From an uncultured Spirochaetia bacterium (lineage in GTDB: Bacteria; Spirochaetota; CALGPD01), in contig CALGPD010000272.1 of assembly GCA_937960625.1 (NCBI GenBank), positions 1 to 42,869 of the forward strand: a DNA stretch of 42,869 nucleotides, read 5' to 3'. The position numbers and the translations under genes are program-made. Shown piece after piece: positions 37,301-42,869 of this stretch (its first letter is position 1; every line of letters starts with the position of its first letter). Below the pieces are notes generated by a model. It saw only the letters and a list, made by a program, of their open reading frames with translations. It was not told the origin of the DNA and made no database searches.

Positions 37301-37904
37301 TATTCAGGCAGCTTCATCCCATTATTCGCAGAATGAAGGTGCCGGGCTTGGGCTGGCAATAACCAAACGCCTGGTTGAATTAATGAACGGGAAGATTAAC
37401 TTAAACAGTGAACCGGGAAGGGGAAGTTCTTTTAGTGTTGTAATACAAAATGTTAATACTTCTTTTATAGATTTTAATGATACTGAACAAGATGTAGAAT
37501 TACAGCAAAATATAGAAGAGTATAATTTTAAAGGCACTAAAGTATTAATTGCCGATGATTTAAAACATAATAGAGAGGTTGCAAAATACTTTTTAGAACT
37601 ATATGGAATTGAAGTTTATACAGCAGAACAGGGCAATGATGCTGTTAAGATGTGCATGAATATTTTACCGGATATTATATTTATAGACCTAATAATGCCG
37701 GAGTTAGACGGATTTAAGGCAATTGAAACTATAAAAAGCACCGGGCAATTTAATAATATTCCAATCTTAGCAGTTTCTCCGGCAGAAAATGGAGATAATA
37801 AACGCCGTGCCTTACAGGCAGGCGCAGACTTTGTATTGGTAAAACCCGTAACAAGAACGTATTTATTAAAAATTATTTCAGAGGCAATTAAAACTAGGCA
37901 GTGA
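34317..37904 (+). CDS. Hybrid sensor histidine kinase: 7TMR-DISM extracellular domain, 7 TM helices, PAS repeats, HisKA, HATPase, receiver
   Basis: Signal peptide plus an extracytoplasmic domain of about 170 aa, then 7 hydrophobic helices. PAS-like segments follow. H-box SHEIRTPMNAI, N-box FNLVGNSVKFT, G-boxes DTGIGIP and GAGLGLAI. C-terminal REC domain (VLIADD...FIDLIMPELDG...VKP). Confidence 0.92.
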   Translation: MKNKLIKIFTFCILTFFYIFPAYCNNFVIVSEQTYKKDILKKIAVFEDKSAKLALKEIIKLSNQHKFKENEKGKSNFGITSSAIWLKFNITNKTSNFKKWIINIRNNRIATASLFLINRDKIIKQYHTGYSIDYKDKQIKDNEATFKISINKNEIYTVFIRLHTPYTLSIPITVYMPEEYEKRINIDSVFLGILIGMLLVLILYYAFVYFNLKDKSYLYFILLIVFWLLYQFDFFGISSKYFFPANKYLKSRFPLIILGNVIVFFYLFSIQIMRIRKYFKRILPYLYVIIIFSFSYSLLAIIPGTNIRVIYRYALIVSLIAIIVSYLSIFVYIKTKQRVVVYYIIAFSLGLAGPLLKAILSKGLLPFNYIAYYGMPITNTLAFLIFGYALTDKIRNSLLEKQRSNILVKENEELEKEIDLRKHAEHDLLKNKKDLERLFDVSPFPLAILTIEDIIVVRANKACEGFFQGKVEQTLGKTPDMFFNPIEQKFRLLDLLKERGLVENYETRFKTFENEERFALLSIYSTEYNDIPSYIVGIADITALKQAQLEIKQNEKMFRDMFNKHSAIMFITEQKTYKIIEANNAASNFYGYSNKEFKKMIVDDLNILPFNQVKHELKSGFAKNQKYFVFKHKLKNGEVKDVELHTTPILLQNRKVYFSIIHDITERVMYQKALRESEELHRFIAENTKDVLWVMDENLQLTYISSSVFDVHGYTQDEIKTMSIKELMTGKSFFNAMRALVMKLKKPDNNDKPLKIEIRFIKKNGEFFWAEINSNTLTNEKGELVRVVGSTRDITDRKLMEKEIIFTRDEAEKANRLKTEFMANLSHEIRTPMNAILGFSQILEKRITDEKQKEFLSIISASGKTLLKLINDILDISKIEAGKIDLNYSVADVRELINEIKNTFEWKIKEKGLDFIIRVSENVPDNLLIDELKMRQVLFNLVGNSVKFTENGYIKVSMDIEIPETDEIEMNLILNVEDTGIGIPFNRQEQIFHAFIQAASSHYSQNEGAGLGLAITKRLVELMNGKINLNSEPGRGSSFSVVIQNVNTSFIDFNDTEQDVELQQNIEEYNFKGTKVLIADDLKHNREVAKYFLELYGIEVYTAEQGNDAVKMCMNILPDIIFIDLIMPELDGFKAIETIKSTGQFNNIPILAVSPAENGDNKRRALQAGADFVLVKPVTRTYLLKIISEAIKTRQ

Positions 37905-37933
37905 TACTTTTATAGTAGGCAGGCAAATAAAAA

Positions 37934-37961
37934 CCGGCTTGATAAAATTCATAAAAGCCGG
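37934..37961 (+). terminator. Weak candidate terminator after the kinase gene
   Basis: The stem CCGGCTT/AAGCCGG has a 14-nt loop, and the T tract (AATTATT) is poor. Confidence 0.35.
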
Positions 37962-38004
37962 AATTATTAACATGAGTTTTGATTTATTAAAATTTTTTAT
38001 TGAA

Positions 38005-38150
38005 CCGGTCAGGTTTATGTCACCCTTGATTGAAAGCAAAGCAATCCCATTTGGTTTATCTGCAACGAGATTGCTTAGTCACTTACGTTTCCTCCAACAA
38101 CATAATTTTTAGAAAAGTGTTGGAATTTTTTAAAAATCGAGTTTCACGTT
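38005..38150 (-). repeat. MITE-like family, half copy F (left arm, inverted orientation)
   Basis: Its reverse complement AACGTGAAACTCGATTTTTAAAAAATT...GTGACTAAGCAATCTCGTTGCAGATAAACCAAATGGGATTGCTT...ATAAACCTGACCGG matches copy E. It lies 20 nt downstream of the stop at 38170. Confidence 0.75.
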
Positions 38151-38169
38151 ATTAGATTATTTTTCAATA

Positions 38170-38805
38170 CTATTTTATACCTTCAAGGCTTTTTATAAAT
38201 CTACTAGAGCCGTCTTTAAGAACGTCTTTTACAACGCCGTCAAATGTGCCACTCATCATACCGAGATTCATGGCAGCAATTTCCACTTTACCATCTGTCT
38301 TTTCATAAACAGAAATTCCCATCGGCATCATAACAGACATTGGTTTATTTTCATCGTTTTTTATAATTGAATACCCGCCCTCAGGATTACAGAAATATAG
38401 AACTTTTAGCTTTGTCATGTCTTTAAGCCCGTGTTCGTGATATTCTTTTTGCAAATCTCTGGTGTCAGGTATCTCCCACTTATTGTTAATTGCGTTTTGC
38501 TCTAATTTTTTTACGGTTTCATCGAATGGGAGCTTGCTTGTATAAGTGCTGAACATCATTTTCTGCATTAAATTAGCGCTCTGTATTGCTTTTAAGATTT
38601 TCTTTAAAGTTTCTTTTTCTCCCACAGCCTGCTTAATAAATTCTATTAAACCTTCAGCGGTAATCTCTTTAAGCATTGCCGCCATCATTTCAGGAAAAAA
38701 TTCATGTAAATCAATACCCTCCATCATAAGAGGCATCATCTTCATCATCATTTTCTCCCGTTTCTTTTTACCTAACATTTTAACGAATAATTTCATCACA
38801 CCCAT
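38170..38805 (-). CDS. DUF302-domain protein with a Met-rich N-terminal extension of about 85 aa
   Basis: The C-terminal FDETVKKLE...YFCNPEGG...MPMGISVYEKTDGKVEIAAMN fits the DUF302 pattern. The N-terminus carries KMMMKMMPLMMEG...PEMMAAM...MQKMM. The ATG abuts the upstream stop, with AAGGAGG 8 nt upstream. Confidence 0.8.
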   Translation of the reverse strand: MGVMKLFVKMLGKKKREKMMMKMMPLMMEGIDLHEFFPEMMAAMLKEITAEGLIEFIKQAVGEKETLKKILKAIQSANLMQKMMFSTYTSKLPFDETVKKLEQNAINNKWEIPDTRDLQKEYHEHGLKDMTKLKVLYFCNPEGGYSIIKNDENKPMSVMMPMGISVYEKTDGKVEIAAMNLGMMSGTFDGVVKDVLKDGSSRFIKSLEGIK

Positions 38806-39366
38806 TTAGTTTTCCTCCTTATGAAGTGAGTTTTTTAAAATACTTGCCAGTTTTTTTATAAAACGATTTCTTTGTTCTTTTTCAATAAACGGTATCAAAT
38901 TTTGAGCACAGTGAGGGAAAACAGATTGCATCATGGTTAGAATATTATCCTTCATATCAGGATTTTTTTCAAACATGGGAATCATGGTTTTTGTCATTAC
39001 TTTTGGCATGTTCTCTGCCATCATCGGCATCATAGGTCCCATTTTTTTCATCATGGCAGGCATAAGCACTGACATAACCATTTCCATCATGGGCTGCATT
39101 TGTTCCATTTTTTCAGGCATTTTTTGCATCATGTTTTCGTGCATGTTCTCTAATTTGCTTTTTAATTCTTCATCTTTCAATAAGGTTGATAAAAAGTTGA
39201 AAACGTTGTATAAACTAATTTCACTACCCATTTTTTTTAGCATATTAGGTATCATTTTTAAAAGATCCACATCTTTCATCATGGTAGGCATCATCTTAAG
39301 CATTAATTGTTTCCGCTCTTCAGCAGGCAATGCCTTAACCATACCTTTCATCATCATACTCATCAT
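38806..39366 (-). CDS. Methionine-rich cytoplasmic protein (186 aa, about 21% Met), function unknown
   Basis: The start is moved to the ATG at 39366 (MMSMMMKG), which has AAGGAG 7 nt upstream. The ORF-track start at 39480 would overlap the upstream gene by 110 nt. My hand count is 39 Met in 186 residues. Motifs include KMMPTMMK, QPMMEMVMSVLMPAMMKKMGPMMPMM and FPHC. Confidence 0.75.
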   Translation of the reverse strand: MMSMMMKGMVKALPAEERKQLMLKMMPTMMKDVDLLKMIPNMLKKMGSEISLYNVFNFLSTLLKDEELKSKLENMHENMMQKMPEKMEQMQPMMEMVMSVLMPAMMKKMGPMMPMMAENMPKVMTKTMIPMFEKNPDMKDNILTMMQSVFPHCAQNLIPFIEKEQRNRFIKKLASILKNSLHKEEN

Positions 39367-39370
39367 AATT

Positions 39371-39754
39371 TTACTCCTTATCAGTAGAGATTCCGTCAAT
39401 GTATACTTTATTTTTTTGCGCGAGTTTACCGAGTACAAAAATAGCGCTTTGTTTAGATATTTTAAACTCGTTAGAAACATCTTCAGGAGTTATACTTTCC
39501 TTGTCCTTGGCTAGTTTAATAATTTCATCCTCAAGTTGAATTAACCAATCCTCAAATAGAGTTCTAAGTTCGGGAGTAGCATACTCGGCTATCTCATTTG
39601 TCTGTATTACTCTATCAGTATTATTGACTTTTGTTCTTCCGCAATTTTTTTGAATATGCTGTTTCATATTTTTCATCATATCTTTATCATTTTCTTTCAT
39701 ATGCTTTTTCATACGATCCATGCATTTTTCCATCATTTTAAAATTTTTTTTCAT
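39371..39754 (-). CDS. Small protein with a Met/Cys/His-rich N-terminus and a possible winged-helix C-terminal domain
   Basis: AGGAGG lies 7 nt upstream of the ATG. The N-terminus is MKKNFKMMEKCMDRMKKHMKENDKDMMKNMKQH. The C-terminal ITPEDVSNEFKISKQSAIFVLGKLAQKNKV looks like a wHTH, but this is a weak call. Confidence 0.65.
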   Translation of the reverse strand: MKKNFKMMEKCMDRMKKHMKENDKDMMKNMKQHIQKNCGRTKVNNTDRVIQTNEIAEYATPELRTLFEDWLIQLEDEIIKLAKDKESITPEDVSNEFKISKQSAIFVLGKLAQKNKVYIDGISTDKE

Positions 39755-39798
39755 TATATATCCTCCTATTACATTTATATAACTTTATTGTTGTAAAT

Positions 39799-40143
39799 TT
39801 ATTTTTTGTTCATTTTTCGCCACCAAGGCGGACATCTGAACATCGGTTCGTCACTTAACTGCTCTTCAATATTCTGTGCCATATCTGATAAAATGCCAAG
39901 TACATCGAGTAATTGCGGGTCAGTTACCCGGTAATATATAAAAGGCCCTTTTCTCGTTACTGATAACAAACTATTATCTTTCATTGCTTTTAGATGATGC
40001 GAAACTAGTGGCTGAGAAAGATTAACTTCAGCAACAATTTCCGATACAGCCAGTTCTTTATCTCCAATTAAATGGAGAATTTTAAGCCTGTTTGCGTCAC
40101 CCAAAATCTGCAGCAGTTTTTGTAATTTTTTCACATCCTTCAT
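39799..40143 (-). CDS. ArsR/SmtB-family transcriptional regulator
   Basis: LGDANRLKILHLI...AVSEIVAEVNLSQPLVSHHLKAMKDNSLL is an HTH_20/HTH_5 signature. The canonical CXC metal site is absent (ELAVSEI). There is a single Cys in the C-terminal tail. Confidence 0.88.
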   Translation of the reverse strand: MKDVKKLQKLLQILGDANRLKILHLIGDKELAVSEIVAEVNLSQPLVSHHLKAMKDNSLLSVTRKGPFIYYRVTDPQLLDVLGILSDMAQNIEEQLSDEPMFRCPPWWRKMNKK

Positions 40144-40154
40144 ATTAACACCTA

Positions 40155-40180
40155 TTTATATAAATGTCCGCTTATATAAG
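40155..40180. promoter_or_regulatory. Two 10-bp palindromes (TTTATATAAA, CTTATATAAG): candidate ArsR operator
   Basis: Boxes at 40155-40164 and 40171-40180 are 16 bp apart centre-to-centre. They lie between the -10 element and the arsR start codon. Confidence 0.4.
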
Positions 40181-40191
40181 CCTCTGTTTAT

Positions 40192-40220
40192 ATTCTATGT
40201 CATAAATTGAATTTTGTCAA
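40192..40220 (-). promoter_or_regulatory. Candidate promoter TTGACA-17-TAGAAT of the arsR operon
   Basis: On the minus strand, TTGACA (40220-40215), a 17-nt spacer and TAGAAT (40197-40192). Confidence 0.5.
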
Positions 40221-40429
40221 GGGAGCTCAATAATTTTATTGTGTTTTTTTATTTTTTAATAATGTTATGTAAAAATTAACATATACTAGTAATGTGATTT
40301 GGTTTTATTCAAAAATTTGGAGAACAACAATACAATATTTAATATATTTTAAAAAACTAGATATTCTGCTTGACAAAACGCAAAAAAATTTAAAAATAAA
40401 AGTTAATATTTTTTTAGGGAGAATTATTT

Positions 40430-41434
40430 ATGAAGAAAAACACAAGGTTAATTTCAATCACGATTATTTCAATTTTTTTGCTTTTGAGTTGCGGTGGACG
40501 AGATTTTAAATACAAAAAACAAAAGTTGACTTATCAGGATTTAGACTATGAACTCAATGTAAAATATTTAAACTTAGACAACTATGGAAAAATTGCTTAC
40601 GTTGATGAGGGAATGGGTAATACTACACTATTTCTTGTACACGGTGTAGGTACATATATTAAACATTGGCTGTATCAAATCAATGAACTCAAAAAGAAAT
40701 ACCGTGTTGTTGCTGTTGATATGCCGGGTTATGGTAAAACAGGTTATTCATCCGGTGTAAATTATACAACCATATATCATGGTAAAGCCATGGCTGCGGT
40801 AATAAAGAAACTTGGTTTAAAAAATGTAATTCTAATTGGACACTCTTATGGCGGAAATGTTGTAGTTGAAATGTCTGATTATTCAGGTCTTAATATTATA
40901 GGCATGATAATGATTGCTCCTCAAGGATTACAAAAACTAAATCGCCACGATATTCAATATTACGACAACAATTTAAGAGGAATGCTTAAATATGATTTCA
41001 GTATTAAGGCAAATATTAATACATGGTTTGATTATTTAATCAGTAAACAAACTAAAATAACTGATAATTATTTACGGGAGCTATTAGGCCTTATATATTC
41101 AGGCGCTTACAGAGATACCGTTAAGGTTAGAACTCAAGTATTAATGTTTCAACAACGGAAAAGATATAATAACGTATTGATTTCAAAATTTCAAAGATTT
41201 AATAAACCCAATATGTTAATTATCGGCAAAGATGATAGAATTGTACCCGGATTTGCTCCAAGTCAAATGCGTGCTCCCCGGCCTAGTGAATATTTTTCTC
41301 TTTTTTGTAATACGAACTCAAAATGTAAATTAAAACTCATTAGCGGTTGCGGGCATATGGTTCCTATAGAATTACCAAACACTGTTAACAGTTTAATTAA
41401 AAAATTCGCGAATGCTTTAGAAACAGTTAAATAA
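40430..41434 (+). CDS. Alpha/beta-fold hydrolase lipoprotein
   Basis: Lipobox LLLSCGG, HGVGT oxyanion region, GHSYGG nucleophile elbow and a C-terminal GCGHM catalytic His. Confidence 0.8.
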   Translation: MKKNTRLISITIISIFLLLSCGGRDFKYKKQKLTYQDLDYELNVKYLNLDNYGKIAYVDEGMGNTTLFLVHGVGTYIKHWLYQINELKKKYRVVAVDMPGYGKTGYSSGVNYTTIYHGKAMAAVIKKLGLKNVILIGHSYGGNVVVEMSDYSGLNIIGMIMIAPQGLQKLNRHDIQYYDNNLRGMLKYDFSIKANINTWFDYLISKQTKITDNYLRELLGLIYSGAYRDTVKVRTQVLMFQQRKRYNNVLISKFQRFNKPNMLIIGKDDRIVPGFAPSQMRAPRPSEYFSLFCNTNSKCKLKLISGCGHMVPIELPNTVNSLIKKFANALETVK

Positions 41435-41449
41435 ACATTAAAATATATG

Positions 41450-41495
41450 AGCTTAGCAACCTATGGTTTAAACCGTAGGTTACTAAGCTTTTTTA
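41450..41495 (+). terminator. Rho-independent terminator
   Basis: The long imperfect stem AGCTTAGCAACCTATGG/CCGTAGGTTACTAAGCT is followed by TTTTTT. Confidence 0.8.
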
Positions 41496-41662
41496 ATCTA
41501 GCCAAATTCAGCAAATAATTTTAATTTTATTAAGCAATAAGTATTATATACTGTGCTGAAATGGTTTTGTCAGGTAATATTTTTAATTAACTTTTTTTTC
41601 GTTTTATATTGTTCATAATTTATTTACATTTCCTTTTATAAACTAAACAGGCAGGAACATTC

Positions 41663-42646
41663 ATGTCAGAATTATTCAACCTAATTTTTAAAACCCTCGC
41701 GGGTAACATTTTCCTAGTTGTCGTGAGCTTTGCGTTACTTTATTATGGAGCTGATCTTCTGGTCCGGGGAAGTGTAACCATAGCGACGAATTTTGGGGTA
41801 CAAAAGTTAATCGTGGGCATGACTATTGTGGCATTCGGAACATCCATGCCTGAATTTACAGTAAGCCTTTTTGCTAAAATTAGAAATTCAACGGGTATTT
41901 CCGTAGGTAACGTTATCGGGTCAAACATTGCGAATATTGCATTAATTTTGGGAACAGCGGCGTTAATACGGCCCCTAGATGTTCATCTTGAAGTTATTAA
42001 GGTAGAGCTTCCTTTATTATTTGCTTTCACTGTTATTTTTAACATGCTGTGTTTAGACGGTATTGTATCGGTTATTGACGGCGTGATATTGCTTTCAATA
42101 TTCTCCGGATATATGTATTTCCGAATTGTCCGCGGCAAGAAGGGCAAAGAAGTTGAAGTTGAAGAAGTAGACGAAATAAAAGCAGGTACACCGAAAATAA
42201 TATTATTAATTATAATCGGTATCGTGTTACTCGTTGCGGGTTCCGATTTGTTAATCCGGGGCGCGGTTTTTATCGCTGTAAAATTTAATGTTAATAAAAT
42301 AGTTATCGGTTTAACCATGGTCGCGCTTGGAACGTCTCTGCCTGAGTTATTCACCAGTGTAATAGCGGCAATGAAAGGAGAATCCGATATTTCCATAGGC
42401 AACGTAATAGGATCAAACTTTTTTAACATCTTTATGATTTTAGGTTTTATCGCGCTTTTTGGTAATATTCAACTAACCAATGATGTTAGATATTTGCAAA
42501 ACTGGATTAACTTAGGTTTAACTTTAATATTGTTCCCGATAATGTTCACGGGGAAAAAAATCAACAGGGCAGAAGGTTTGTTTTTCCTTACTTTCTACGT
42601 TGTTTATATTTTAAACCTATATTTTAAATGGTTTTTCGTTAGTTAG
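41663..42646 (+). CDS. CaCA-family cation/Ca2+ exchanger (YrbG-like)
   Basis: Two alpha-repeats (GTSMPEF...GNVIGSNIANI and GTSLPEL...GNVIGSNFFNI) in a protein with about 10 TM helices. Confidence 0.88.
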   Translation: MSELFNLIFKTLAGNIFLVVVSFALLYYGADLLVRGSVTIATNFGVQKLIVGMTIVAFGTSMPEFTVSLFAKIRNSTGISVGNVIGSNIANIALILGTAALIRPLDVHLEVIKVELPLLFAFTVIFNMLCLDGIVSVIDGVILLSIFSGYMYFRIVRGKKGKEVEVEEVDEIKAGTPKIILLIIIGIVLLVAGSDLLIRGAVFIAVKFNVNKIVIGLTMVALGTSLPELFTSVIAAMKGESDISIGNVIGSNFFNIFMILGFIALFGNIQLTNDVRYLQNWINLGLTLILFPIMFTGKKINRAEGLFFLTFYVVYILNLYFKWFFVS

Positions 42647-42661
42647 CATTAACACAGAACC

Positions 42662-42859
42662 TTATTTACCATACCATTTAATAAAATCAAATATATTTGA
42701 TTCAATATCTTTTAATATTTTTATTGTAATGCCTTTTCCTAAATCTTCACCTTTATGACAAGGCAAAGTAGTAGTTCTGCCGTCCTTATGCCGAAAAAAT
42801 TTATGGCTTCCTTTTTGGCGGACTTCACTAAAACCTAAAGCCTTTAAATATTTTACCAT
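42662..42859 (-). CDS. hicA: HicA-family type II toxin (mRNA interferase)
   Basis: LKALGFSEVRQKGSHKFFRHKDGRTTTLPCHKGEDLGKGITIKILKDI matches the HicA signature. A 65-aa protein. Confidence 0.8.
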   Translation of the reverse strand: MVKYLKALGFSEVRQKGSHKFFRHKDGRTTTLPCHKGEDLGKGITIKILKDIESNIFDFIKWYGK

Positions 42860-42869
42860 AATTTTATAA

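Noticed and set aside
38933-39514. A 193-aa plus-strand ORF opposite the Met-rich gene.
   Set aside because: It is an antisense shadow. The ATG-rich sense strand gives a CAT-rich antisense frame without stops. Its product is a low-complexity I/F/S/G string, it has no SD, and the sense-strand genes have strong SDs and operon packing.
40294-40509. A 71-aa plus-strand ORF overlapping the start of the alpha/beta hydrolase gene.
   Set aside because: It is out of frame with the hydrolase and lies in the AT-rich promoter region. It has no SD, and the downstream ORF has a lipoprotein signal and an AGGGAG SD.

Overview
This is a 42.9-kb AT-rich chromosomal window. Hand counts on single 60-nt lines give roughly 27-50% GC, varying by region. 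It most likely comes from a spirochaete: the flagellin is the FlaB core type and the gene content looks Leptospira-like (inference). About 40 protein genes lie on both strands. Housekeeping and metabolism: leuB-like, ilvC, recJ, der, gpsA, panE, ackA. Motility and chemotaxis: flaB, cheR, cheB. Signalling: a 5'-partial SpoIIE/PP2C phosphatase, a 7TMR-DISM hybrid histidine kinase, and XRE, MerR and ArsR regulators. There are also many lipoproteins and exported hypotheticals, and a hicA toxin at the right edge. I found no rRNA, tRNA or CRISPR array. Four things are not explained by ordinary genes. (1) An ArsR-headed four-gene operon (38170-40143, minus strand) has three products with extreme methionine clusters, one fused to DUF302. 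This is my best candidate for an undescribed system. (2) A tandem pair of canonical 16-bp parS palindromes (25504-25552) sits in a 1.1-kb gene-free stretch. (3) A family of TIR-bounded MITE-like elements has 3 full copies of 273-316 bp and 3 half copies. They bracket single genes inside a GC-elevated island (about 23.6-29.4 kb), and two inverted half copies flank ackA plus the hybrid kinase. (4) Two consensus sigma70-type promoters sit 6 nt from an ATG, which predicts leaderless mRNAs. All protein calls rest on motif recognition by eye. No database search, folding or statistics program was run.
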